From positions 3,410,001-3,474,000 of the forward strand of contig OZ281498.1 in NCBI GenBank assembly GCA_965637545.1: a stretch of DNA of 64,000 nucleotides, given 5' to 3'. Each line of letters opens with the position of its first letter. Positions within the stretch are counted from its first letter, which is position 1. Made by a program: the position numbers and the translations under genes. The stretch comes from Phallusia mammillata. Its lineage: Eukaryota. The notes under the pieces are model-generated. The model worked only from the letters and a program-made list of their open reading frames with translations. It ran no database searches and had not been told where the DNA came from. Positions 24,601 through 38,617 of this stretch are shown here, one piece after another.

Positions 24601-26302
24601 TCCTTTCAGTCCTTGCTTATCACGGTCGTGCATCTGCGACATCTAACCAATGTCCATCTCTCATCTATTCCCTTCAACCTTCCATGTTTTCAATTATGAC
24701 TACTCATTGATACGAACCTACGTGTCATGTCCCATGTAACTTATTTGAACAAATTTTTGGTTCCATTTTATAGAAGCCGTTCTGAGTGAATTTTAAGGGC
24801 CTTCCGTTTTAACACTGCAGTATTTTCATATCTGAACTTCAACCCAAACTTTGCTATGCGCTTGACTTGACCATCGAACAAATTGCAAGCTACTTTTAAA
24901 TACAGCCCGAAATTTGCCAAGCAAACCTTCTTGGGATCATATCTAAAGCTTTGGCTCCTTTTGAAAAAAAACACGCATTTTTTTGCTGTATACTAACCCT
25001 TGCGAATTTAAGATGCGTGCATGTGCAGTTTGGTAAAACTTTGTCAGTCGTCGCACCAGGACCGAACTACGATGGGAGTTTCGGCCGTCTCCATGCACTT
25101 TGCACCCCGCATCATTTCTGTGTAATGTATTTTTGCATGAATATGTTCGCGCCCATTTGTCATCGCATGTTTAGACCGAAAATGTGACTTTGCCATACAG
25201 GTGAAGTCCGCCGTGCATGTGCAACTACAATCTCCACACATAGTTTAATTTATCACCATGCCATATTTCACTGTAGTTTTAGCTCTGTTTAAAGGATGGA
25301 GTTATGTGTAATCATACATATTGCGCTTTAATCTCAACAATAATGTATTTTTTCGCAGATAACAACAACAAACCTACAGCAGACCCGTCCGGTTCCGTGT
25401 ATAGCATGTTACCCTCTGCTTACCCCGCCAACCCGCAGCCCGCTGTGCCGGGATTCATGGATGTAAATTCGGGCAACGCAGCGTCTGTTCCCCAGGGCCT
25501 CTACCGCTACCCGCAACCGAGCGCCTTCTACAACCCTCGCGAAATTATGGCGAGAAACAATGCGCGAAATGTCCCTGCTCATAATAACACTGCAGCCTGG
25601 AGCAGGTCGTATCAGCCGGTACTTGTGCAGCAGCAAGGACAACAACAGCCCACTGCGCACGATTATTCGGTCTCTGCTGCCAATGAGGCTGACCGTGGCC
25701 AATATCAGAATCGCCCTGCTGAGCAAAGTGAAGTAAATTCACAACAGCAACAGCAACAGCAACAACAACAACAACAGCAGAGGAATGACAGCGGTTACGA
25801 AACGTCACGGACAAACACAACCTCCGGCTCACGTGATTCGCAGCAGAGTGACGTCGGTGCCTCACGTCGTCGTTCGACAGGGGGTGGCGATATGCCTTCA
25901 CACACCTACCACCAGCCGTACATGATGCCTGTCACTTACATGCCTTATAACGGACCTGGCGGTTTCGCACACACTCCAGTTGTAGTGCCGCCGCAGTGGG
26001 CAAACCACTTCATGCGTCAACCGCTCGCTATGTATCCACCAGTGGACGTTTCCGCACTCGCAGCCCACCAACAAGTTCCACAACAACAGCAGCAGCAGCA
26101 ACAGCGGAACCAAAACGCCCCGCCCAACCTCCCTTACGAACAGCGAGCCCCGATGCAGATGTACAACGACGCTGGGAAGAATCACAATGACTTTGCATTA
26201 ACAACTCCTCTTCGGGTGAATCGCGTCGCAAAAGATCTGCAGGAGGAGTGGGAGACGATGAGCAACGCGTCAGATCGATCGATGCATCGTCCAGCGATCT
26301 AA
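668..26302 (+). CDS. WNK: WNK (With-No-Lysine[K]) serine/threonine kinase, ~2340-2560 aa depending on cassette exons
   Basis: Kinase motifs [13 protein letters not shown] (catalytic Lys in subdomain I), AWCELQ (Cys at the usual Lys position), [34 protein letters not shown]. Also an autoinhibitory/CCTL1 domain, CCTL2 (VECQL..TVTFKF), two RFQV motifs and a C-terminal HQ coiled coil ([10 protein letters not shown]). Phase-consistent exons: 668-1346, 1562-1881, 2018-2193, 2261-2481, 2546-2703, 2891-2979, 3049-3313, 12466-12777, 13145-13219, 13967-14048, 14188-14360, 14647-14829, 15977-16111, 16771-16896, 17292-19710, 19823-19881, 20032-20216, 20601-20892, 21918-22035, (22948-23403), (23676-23885), 25359-26302. 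Kinase exons are certain; start codon and 3' exons are less so. Confidence 0.95.
5550..5828. repeat. Tandem duplication, 138-bp unit x2, in WNK intron 7
   Basis: CACAAGACTATAATCTAAAATTTTCGG...CATGGCGC starts at 5550 and again at 5688; only two transitions distinguish the copies. Confidence 0.9.
9141..10323. mobile_element. Non-autonomous hAT (Buster/Charlie-type) element, 1183 bp, containing a second internal left end at 9826
   Basis: Perfect 16-bp TIR CAGGGGTGGGCAAACT; perfect 8-bp TSD TTTTAAAG (9133-9140, 10324-10331); GCGGCCC subterminal repeats; internal CAGGGGTGCACAACC. Confidence 0.9.
12592..12660 (+). repeat. (CAA/CAG)n polyglutamine tract in WNK exon 8
   Basis: Encodes [23 protein letters not shown], mostly pure CAA. 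Confidence 0.9.
13145..13219 (+). CDS. WNK: Small symmetric (phase 0-0) WNK exon, [25 protein letters not shown]; possibly alternative
   Basis: 75 nt open frame, TGTGCAG acceptor with GACTAAC branch-like motif upstream, CAG|GTAGAC donor. Confidence 0.6.
14049..14187 (+). other. WNK: Non-canonical GC-AG intron in WNK
   Basis: Exon 13967-14048 runs into a TGA unless spliced at AAG|GCAAGT. This donor gives the phase 1 needed by the TTTTGCAG|AT acceptor at 14187/14188. Confidence 0.7.
19296..19355 (+). repeat. CAG/CAA polyQ tract in the large WNK exon
   Basis: Encodes [20 protein letters not shown]. Confidence 0.85.
21544..21788. mobile_element. hAT MITE (Buster-type), 245 bp, in a WNK intron
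   Basis: TIR TAGTGGTTTCCAACC / CAGTGGTTCCCAACC (13/15); TSD ATGTAACA / GTGTAACA (7/8). Confidence 0.8.
22948..23403 (+). CDS. WNK: WNK C-terminal cassette exon A (phase 1-1, 456 nt); alternatively terminal, with stop at 23415-23417
   Basis: CTAAC branch-like motif and CCAAAG acceptor; open frame DRPKSR...PEDSN; ACG|GTGAAG donor in phase 1; encodes RSISMP, RFQI and RRWS twice. Confidence 0.6.
23676..23885 (+). CDS. WNK: WNK C-terminal cassette exon B (phase 1-1, 210 nt); alternatively terminal, with stop at 23900-23902
   Basis: TTTTCCGACAG acceptor; open frame [25 protein letters not shown]...[10 protein letters not shown]...ESIQ; CAAG|GTGTCC donor. Not in the supplied ORF track because it has no start codon. 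Confidence 0.55.
25742..25780 (+). repeat. CAA/CAG polyQ tract (13 Q) in the last WNK exon
   Basis: Read directly; further Q runs near 20700 and 26080. Confidence 0.85.
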
Positions 26303-27073
26303 CCACGCCCAGGTCGTCCAATATGTTCCCTTTATGTTACCGTATAGCGTTCCCACATGCTGCTCGTATTGTTGCTGCGCCGGCGATTGTCCACTGAAAC
26401 AAGTTAACGTGGTATCACGTTTAGTGCGTGTCAGAAGGGGATCTGTTCACCGATTTTAGTCGCTATATGAATTTGTTGACAATAATAAACTAACGCTTGC
26501 AGACGTGCTTTTGTTACCCCACCAATCAACTCACAAAACAAAATGCAAACAAGAACGTTTGTGTTTTGTGAAATCGCCATATGAAACTGTGCTACTATTG
26601 TGTCGCTATGTTATACATAAGTCGGAAAGCCGCTTCGCTGTCCACCATTCCGATTCAGTTCAGTTGTATTTCGCCATACTTTGCAGCGGAGTGGGCTTTC
26701 CAATGACGCGATTTTGATGAAATTGACGTCATCCACCAACTCATTGATCGATATTCGATTCCGAGGCATCACAGGTGCCCGATGGATTGCGTTGAGCCAC
26801 TTGTACCGCAACATGCCCGCTATATACACGCTTCCTATTTATTCCAATGCACTTGACGGCTTTCAGGCCAAGTGCATTTTACACACACACCTCTCACGCC
26901 GTCATTTTGTCATGACGTGGTCTCTAGTTTTAAGGTGGCTTGCTTCTGAATGTGGCGTCGGTGGTTTTCCCTTCTTTTTGTTTTAGTTTCTTTTTCTCTT
27001 TTTCCCGGTTGTTTTTCGACCAGTTTCCTGGATAAACAAAAGTATTACGTTCGTTGTTTACTGTTCACAATAT

Positions 27074-27079
27074 AATAAA
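27074..27079 (+). terminator. Candidate WNK polyadenylation signal (AATAAA); a proximal one lies at 26484
   Basis: AATAAA hexamers downstream of the stop at 26302; usage untested. Confidence 0.4.
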
Positions 27080-29872
27080 GTTTACAGAGGTTGCGAATCT
27101 GCACCTGCATCAGAAATCCACAAAGGGCCTATCCCGGTTTACGACAAGAAAAATGCCTTGATGACAATTGCGACATAAAAAAAATGTACCAAAACGAATA
27201 CTTTACTTAAATTCAAATTCAGTGGTAAAAACGAGTTTTTTCAATACTGTCTTTTTTTGTAGGTTTAGTAGACTATAAAAAACAAATTTGTAACTTAGAT
27301 ATGCTGTTTTAGTTCAACTTGTTAGCAATTAACTAAAAGCAGGGGATGATTACCCATGACTAATGCACTATTGAAAAGTGTAGCCCGTGATTGTGGTAAA
27401 GTAAGCCCTGTAACAACGATCTCAGTGTTTAAAATTTGAAAACTGTTATTTCAAAGGAATTCTAGAAAAACGCGTTATTTTCGGCAAAATTGTCAATGAT
27501 TGTAGAACTTAAAAATTTTGCTTTGTAAGAAGTGACAGAGATACAGTAGATTATGATAAAAGACAGTCAATATTAATCTTTATAATCTTGCGAAAAAACT
27601 GTGACGCATATGTGTTTTATAAATGAGAACAGAAAAAAAATCCAGTGAAGTGTAGGTGACATTGTTTGAATAATCGGTTGTCAATTTTAATCTCAATTTA
27701 GATCAAAATTATTGTTACACAGCCGAGTCCAGGTCGGTTGCTAGTCTGTTCTTACTACTTGAACCAAACGTTCCGAATTTTAAACTTTATGATTCAAAAA
27801 TATGTAACCGTCGTTAAAAGTGTTTTGGTCTACGTAATCGCGACGATGACAAACGCTTGAGCACTTAAGATCTCACGGCACAAATTCAACGCATTGAAAA
27901 CCACATTTTCGACCCAAGTGCAGAAGCGCGCCTTTTTCTTACGACTTGATGCCATCACTTGAATTGAGCGTGGTCGGTGAGTTACTACATTTGCGTTTCT
28001 GTCAGCGTTCTTTGAATGACATTGGCTTAGTTTTGTGGCATTGGAAGCATGTATACGGTCCAACAGTGGCTTAGTAGGTTTGTAATGAGGAAATAGGCAT
28101 ATAACAAGGATTAGGAGCAATTTTGACCGGAGATAAAATTAAAAAGTTAAAGCGATTTGCCAGTGGTTTCCAAACGAGATCAAAAAGGTGTCGTAAGAGC
28201 TTATCTGTGTTCGTAAAATGTATTACAACAAAAAAAAGATAATGAGGTTATTGCCTAAATTTTAAGTAAGTAAAGGCTTGCTCCCAAAACGTGATGTCTT
28301 CTAATCATTTAACAAACTCGTAAGTTTAGAGCACAATGTTTACTTAGATGATGGTTATAAAATCTGGTACATCTGCGAATCTATTTTAAAATTATTTGTT
28401 GTCTGTTTTTAGTGAGCATGACCTAACCTCAATTGTTTGAAATTTTCCAACTAAACCATCATTCGTTTTATCTGATAGCAACAATTTTGGTCGCAGTGTC
28501 GTAAAAAAGTATTGAGAAGTGCGCACAATACTGTCATAAATTATTTGAAATAAAGCCGTTTTCGAGTGTAGATTCAGATAGTAGGCTATACTTTGCGATG
28601 TTATGCAGCAAAACAGGCCAAGAAAATTACCCCATTGTAGCACACGTTTACCATCAACTAACATGTCTCGTGGTCAAGTTTACGCCCAAACGTTCCTATT
28701 TGACGGGAGAGACTGGGTGCAGTTTGTAGCTATATCTTCTATTCGTCCCAAGGGATTGCCCAAGTTCACAAAGGTGCAGTATATTTATCAAGCGGCCGTT
28801 ATACAAAATACATGGATACCAGGTGCCACACAAAACCATGCAGTCGCGCTCGTGACCTATGCAAGGCTTGACAAGTAATTACGACGCCTCATAATAACAA
28901 CACGGGCGGCAATCTGACATCTCAGCATCAAATTTCAGAGGCCTATGGGCAATAGTTTGGCACGGCTTGCAAGATCGATCTTTTGTTTACGCCTCAATAA
29001 ATGCTGGTGAGAAATTGGTCCTGAACGAATGCAAAAAAATCGTTTGCCACTGGCTACGCGATGGAGTACGTCTCATTGGTCGCAGGTGATATATCGGTCA
29101 GAGCGAATGCGCTAACACGTAGTTGTATGCTTTATGTTTAAGATCCATTTGAATCCCTCGACTTAATGGCTTCTATCATCAGCGAAATCTCGCAACGTGT
29201 AAAAAATATACTCCACAGGTTGATCGATTTTCCACGCGTAATGCGATTTTCCGGGGATTTTCGTGGACATTTAAGGCGGCAACTTGAGGACCACAAACCA
29301 CTTGGGTTGTCTTAAGGTCGCACTGACGTATTCTTGTTCGTTCTAACTTGGTAATGAAACCCAGACCAGGACAATGACTTTGGGATCGTTGTGTTGTTTC
29401 AATACAGACAATTCCGTCACGTTTTTCCAACTCCAACCTTCGTGTTTGTAAATTAGTCGTTCAGTGTGTTGGTTGAAGCCGAAATGAGCAGTTTAACTTT
29501 TTTCTGTGCTGTCCTGGGATCTATTGCTAAGGTTGACATCTCCTGCTAATTGAGATATTTGTCAACTAAAAACGAAGCGTTCAGTGGCAGCATTTATCAA
29601 GTGGAAATAATAAAATCAATATCAATTGTTTGCACTCCAGCGGCATTCCTGTCTTTAATTGTCCACAGATTGAAGCACTTTTATGTCCTAGTTTAGCGGC
29701 TGTAAATATCTTTGCATAAAACTTATTTGATTTTAAAATTTTCTTTCAGTTTGTAAAGGAGTATTTCGTGAAATGAGTTCATAGCCAGCGTGAAGGTGAT
29801 CTGGCCGATATAATCGGTCAAACAAGCTTGTTTATTCTGCAGCAGAGGCGAGAGTGCAGGTGTGTTGCCAAG

Positions 29873-33581
<3,709 letters not shown>

Positions 33582-35227
33582 TGTTGTCTCTTCTGCTGTT
33601 ACTTGCACGACGAAATAGGAGCAATTATTTAACACAACAAACCGGTTGGCTATCTATATTTGTGGAATGATTATTGTAACCAATTATACGTGTTAATTTT
33701 TTATGTGCCTTTTGGTGTTGTGAAACGCAGAATAGTTATCTGTCCCAATGCGACATTTTTCTTTTTTTAAGATATATTTAACGTTGTATTGCAACTGCAC
33801 CTATACCCGCAGCATACTTTTCGGGGATAACTGGTTGAGAGAGCACTTCTATATTATACACATATACAAAGTGTCTATTCCTAGGGGCATTAAATACTGC
33901 ATGTTGCGTGTCTAAAAATACCCAGGCTAGGAATAAATCAAGCGCTTTTTTTAAAAAAATACCCAATTTGATTGCTAAAGATTTTGCAACATCGTGAGGC
34001 ATAAATCAATCAGCACCAGGTCGATTTTAATTGGTTTTATACCCGCGCAGTATCCATTTCATTCCGTGCATCGATTTAGGGGCCGTGTATTTAATTTGTG
34101 AGTCCTTACGTAATGTGTTTCAGTCGAATGCTTTTCAAGTGTACTTAGGTCGTCTCGTGATGTCTTCTGCGTGTCGTATCGATTCATTTGATATTCTAAT
34201 CCGATTTATTGCATGTTTTGTGTACATAAATTAATAAATACCTGTTAGAAAAGAGCCTGATCCTTATGTTGTTGCAGCAGAGAAATGACGGAACGTCTCT
34301 TATTCTGTTTTGGCCCGAAACCGTCAGTAAGTGGGCAGGGTGCTGAGGATAATTACGAAAGCGTGATGATCGATAATACGTTTGCGAAACGCCCATAGTA
34401 ATTATTTTTCGTTCCTGCCGTTGTAATAAAGATACAGCAGAAGGGCGTTGTTTGGTTAATATCGGTGCTACCGGCTTTTGCCTGCTATTGACTTATACTT
34501 TTTATTATTGATTTCATTTTAACAGTCTTTAGGTTTTTGCAATTGTTAAACCAAAACGAAATGAAAAATCGAAATTAACATTGGACAGAAGAGTGCTGAT
34601 GTAGTTAGCAAATGCTCCTGAACAGCATCAAAGATACACATACGTTTCTTTTTGTTTTTAAAAGAGGAACAAGCAATGGCATGTTTTTTTTCATTTTTGT
34701 ACCATACAATCTCTCGTGGATTATTGTTGCGGTATTTTCCTCTAAATCAGTAGTTCTTGAAGTGGTTGCTGCTTGCTAGCGCCCCCTGGAGGCGTTAGCA
34801 ATCCATGAGTGTGTTTTTTGGTTTTTATCCTCAGGGGCGGCCGTTCTGTCCCTTACATCATGTTTTATTGCATAATATTTTGACTTAAGAAGCTGGTGAC
34901 TTCAATTTTGTTCGACCTTTCGGATTCCACTGGGTTGGAGCAATGCCGCTCAAATTACAGAATTTGGACTTTGAGAGAAAAGCGGACATAGATAATTACA
35001 AAAATATGCAACGACAAAGAAATTTTAAAAGATATTCCCTTCAGCGACAAATGTTGGAAATTTGAACAAATCATTGCACTATATTGAACACTTCTGACTT
35101 AAAACCTCAACTGGATAAACTCATATATGGCCTTCAGAACCATTACCATATAATCGTTAGGTTGAAGCAGAGCAAAGGTACCAACAAGACAATTCACAAC
35201 AGAAAAGTTTGATAAATACCCGTAGGT

Positions 35228-35765
35228 CAGTGGTTCTCAAACTGTGGTAAGCGTACCACTAGTGGTACGTCGGAACTTTTCAGGTGGTACGCGAGTAGCT
35301 TTCTGTGATATAATTTACCTAATTTAGGTTTGATCTATAAAATTGCAACTCAACTGACCCAACTGATCAGCGTTCGTGTTTTAAACCTTCATTTGAAATT
35401 GTTAAATGCGCTAACCAGGTTAAGAAAATGGGTAGAGCTACTAACACTGAGCTTCTGCTTTGGCCCGGTCTGAGAACTTCTGGTAGGTGGCGCAACAGAG
35501 CATAGGCGTTTATGGTGCTGACTCAGCAATTATTCTTACGTTAAACCCAAACTGCTGTAACAGCACCATAAACCCCTATGCTCCGTTGCGCCACCTACCA
35601 GAAGTTCTCAGACCGGGCCAAAGCTGAAGCTCAGTGTTAGTAGCTCTACTAAGAAAATGGGCCTATTTCTTGGTCCTATTTCTGTTCAAACAGGGTTTAG
35701 GTGATACGCAGCGATGGAAAAAGCTGTCTGGTGGTACGCGATCCATAAAAGATTGAGAACCACTG
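35228..35765. mobile_element. hAT MITE (Buster-type), 538 bp including a nested fold-back element
   Basis: TIR CAGTGGTTCTCAA(A/T)C; TSD CCGTAGGT / CCATAGGT (7/8); GTGGTACG subterminal motifs. Confidence 0.85.
35432..35649. mobile_element. Fold-back (long-TIR) MITE, 218 bp, with 11-bp target duplication; Mutator-like by TSD length
   Basis: Arms 35432-35520 and 35561-35649 are 86/89 identical as reverse complements; TAAGAAAATGG at 35421-35431 and 35650-35660. Confidence 0.85.
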
Positions 35766-35911
35766 CCATAGGTGATTAGTTAAGACATGGATGACTACTA
35801 TGTCTTAACTGGATACTGGTCAATCTGGCGATATACTGCGAAGCTGACATGTGCAGCATACGAGGCAGGCAAAGGTGTTTGTGATTCGACTTTCGGCGGG
35901 TTCTCCACTAA

Positions 35912-35985
35912 GCTTATGTAGCTCCGCTGGCAGAGCGCGAGTCCTGGAAAGACTCATGTCGTAGGTTCGAATGCCACCGCAGGCA
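35912..35985 (+). pseudogene. Degenerate tRNA-like sequence (GGA anticodon loop), probably the head of a tRNA-derived SINE
   Basis: A-box TAGCTCCGCTGG, B-box GGTTCGAATGCC, D stem GCTC/GAGC, perfect anticodon stem GAGTC/GACTC with loop CTGGAAA. T and acceptor stems are mismatched. Followed by ~115 bp and an A-rich tail at 36102-36114. Confidence 0.6.
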
Positions 35986-37369
35986 AGACCATATGGTGAA
36001 TACTTGGTGATAGGCTGATTCGGTATGACGTCTTCAACAGGCCTGGTGCAGCCTACGATGATACCCATATGGGCTATAGGTGACGCTTAAAGACCATTTG
36101 CAAAAAAATTAAAAGCAACTTGTGTGAAAATGCTGACGGTAAGGGCTATTGTGGTTGGGGTGAAGTTAAAAAACTAAGTTCCTAACCTTACATAGTCTCA
36201 CTGATTTTAAATATCTTAGCTCTTTACGCCATCTTTCGGTATTGAGCAAACTTTTCTGTTGTGTGTTCACACGTCAGTAGTACTTGCGATCGCAACTAGT
36301 CAAAAAGCAAAAAACGTACAATCGGAAATTTTTTTGTTTGTTTTTGTTACAAAATCGGCTTAAATAAAAATTTCGAGACTCTCGAGATTCTCGAGAAATG
36401 GATTTTTAATTTCTAGTTCTCGAGAAACGAAAAAGTCGAGAAATATTCAGTAGCTCGTTAGCTCCACTGCTTATCCTAAATCATCATGATGATATCTGCA
36501 GATTAATTTATTATTTACACTGTGAATTTTACACTACGTTCTATTTTGTAGGCTGCTCACTTTGTAGGCTACTTGTTATGTTATTGATTTAAAAAAGATA
36601 TGTTACATTGATTTAAACTTGTTGTGAGAGAATACACGCGGCCACGCCATTACCTAGTACAAGCTACAACACAAACAGTGAATCTAAGGTGACAAAATAG
36701 GTTGCGACGCAAACAATGGACGTGTGCCGATACATGCAGCTGTCTTTTGATAAGTCTTACCAGTGATAATCCACTCAACAATGATCAAAATTCGGGATGA
36801 GTACTGACTACTGAGTACTGACCTTTTTATAATATTTTGATTTTTCACAGAACAGTAACTGTAACTCTACTATAGAGTTAGCTATAGCTGCAGCTATAGG
36901 ATATTAGGCTACGCTACTTGAGGACTTATAACTGCAATGTTTACATGGGTATATAGCACACTCGGAAAGTATTGGGAATTTTCTAAATTGTTTATTTGAA
37001 AATGTGGCTAATCAGAGTCATAGAAACCACTTTGTATAACAAGAGAAATATTTTTTTCTGTTTTTGACATGTGGATCGCTGGCACTGTTTGAAAAATGGT
37101 AGATACTTGAAGTACTTGTTTTAAAATAGAATGTAATTTGTATGGTGTCGTAGTGATCTGATCACTGTAAAGGTGTCATGTAGCTATTTTAAACTAGCGA
37201 AACAAGTAATTGTAGTGTGGACATGTATTGGATAATATCCTAGCGTTAAGAAGTCAAAATCATTTGTCAAATTATAACAGCTGCTTGGCTTGAGCTTTTT
37301 TTCAACTCAATACATTGATTGACTTGTTGTTTTGAAACTAATATTAATTTGCAAAAGAGTAGTTTAGGC

Positions 37370-37720
37370 CAGGGGTGTCCAACATGTGGCACATGTGCCA
37401 AAAATGGCGCGCAGAGCATTTGAAAATGACACACAAGCTTTTGCAAATTCAGATGATTATCCTCACTTCAGTAAAAATTAGTAAAAGTTACACAACCCAC
37501 TAATTAAATTGTTCGTTTTTTGACAAAACTTAAGCCCCGTTACAAACTATTAGCATCTTGTGTCGCATTAACATAATAAAAGGTTTTTGGAGTATCATAA
37601 ATTGAGCCCGTCATGTTAGGACGTTTAAGAAATGGTATGGAAAAAATACCAAACGTTGGCACGCGAGTTTATTCTAAAACAAAATTTGGCACGGCGGTGT
37701 GTTTGAGTTGGACACCCCTG
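37370..37720. mobile_element. hAT MITE (Buster-type), 351 bp, just upstream of the NDUFS7 coding exon
   Basis: Perfect 14-bp TIR CAGGGGTGTCCAAC; TSD GTTTAGGC / GTGTAGGC (7/8). Confidence 0.85.
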
Positions 37721-37888
37721 GTGTAGGCCAATTCAATGACCTATCTGGAAAAAAGGATTGTTCCAGTGTTGCTTGTTCTGATCCAGATTGTGGACAACAG
37801 TCACAAAAGTTTTGTTATTTTTTACAGGTTAAAATTTTAAATGATTATGTAATTTGTATAATATCTGTTGGAGAGCAAGAATTAAACG

Positions 37889-38617
37889 ATGTCTCTGGCT
37901 TTAACATGCAAAAGATTAATGTTCAAGACTCCAAACTTTCTTTCATGCACTAGTAGCAGGCTTTTGCATAAAACAGCTGTTGTTCACAAAGATGATGTCG
38001 ATCGTGAACCAGCTCAAGTCATGCAACCAGTACGTACAGAAATTGGCAGCCTTCGTAACGCACCCAACAAAGCTGAGTACATTGCAACTCGAATCGATGA
38101 CCTGATTAACTATGTAAAAACCAATTCACTTTGGCCCATGACATTTGGCTTGGCATGCTGTGCAGTGGAAATGATGCACTTTGCTGCCCCACGATATGAC
38201 ATGGATCGCTTTGGTGTGGTGTTTAGAGCAAGCCCCAGACAAGCTGATCTAATGATAGTGGCCGGAACACTGACTAACAAGATGGCACCAGCTTTAAGAA
38301 GAGTGTATGACCAAATGCCAGACCCAAAGTGGGTTTTATCAATGGGAAGTTGTGCAAATGGTGGTGGTTATTATCACTATTCATATGCAGTTGTCCGTGG
38401 ATGTGATCGGGTGGTACCTGTTGATATTTATGTACCAGGATGCCCTCCTACAGCTGAGGCGTTATTGTATGGAATCTTGCAACTGCAAAAGAAGATACGC
38501 CGTTCAAGGATGCAATCCTTTTGGTACAGGGAGCATTCACCAAAGATTGACAGATGGAGTGAGGTTTACAAGAAAACTACATCAGTTTCTGAATCAAAAC
38601 AGCTCGAATCACATTAA
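37889..38617 (+). CDS. NDUFS7: NADH:ubiquinone oxidoreductase core subunit S7 (PSST), single coding exon, 242 aa
   Basis: Motifs [57 protein letters not shown]; basic presequence-like N-terminus; upstream acceptor TTTTTTACAG at 37827; AATAAA at 38676. Confidence 0.97.
   Translation: MSLALTCKRLMFKTPNFLSCTSSRLLHKTAVVHKDDVDREPAQVMQPVRTEIGSLRNAPNKAEYIATRIDDLINYVKTNSLWPMTFGLACCAVEMMHFAAPRYDMDRFGVVFRASPRQADLMIVAGTLTNKMAPALRRVYDQMPDPKWVLSMGSCANGGGYYHYSYAVVRGCDRVVPVDIYVPGCPPTAEALLYGILQLQKKIRRSRMQSFWYREHSPKIDRWSEVYKKTTSVSESKQLESH

Larger units (their letters stand above)
22837..25219 (+). promoter_or_regulatory. Cluster of TGCATG (Rbfox-type) intronic splicing elements around the WNK 3' cassette exons
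   Basis: TGCATG at 22837, 23477, 24185, 25018, 25134 and 25214; six in ~2.4 kb versus roughly 0.5 expected from base composition. Confidence 0.5.

Noticed and set aside
36372-36445. Cluster of (C)TCGAGA palindromic repeats
   Set aside because: Looks like the subterminal array of a decayed MITE; no spacers or regular periodicity, so not CRISPR-like.
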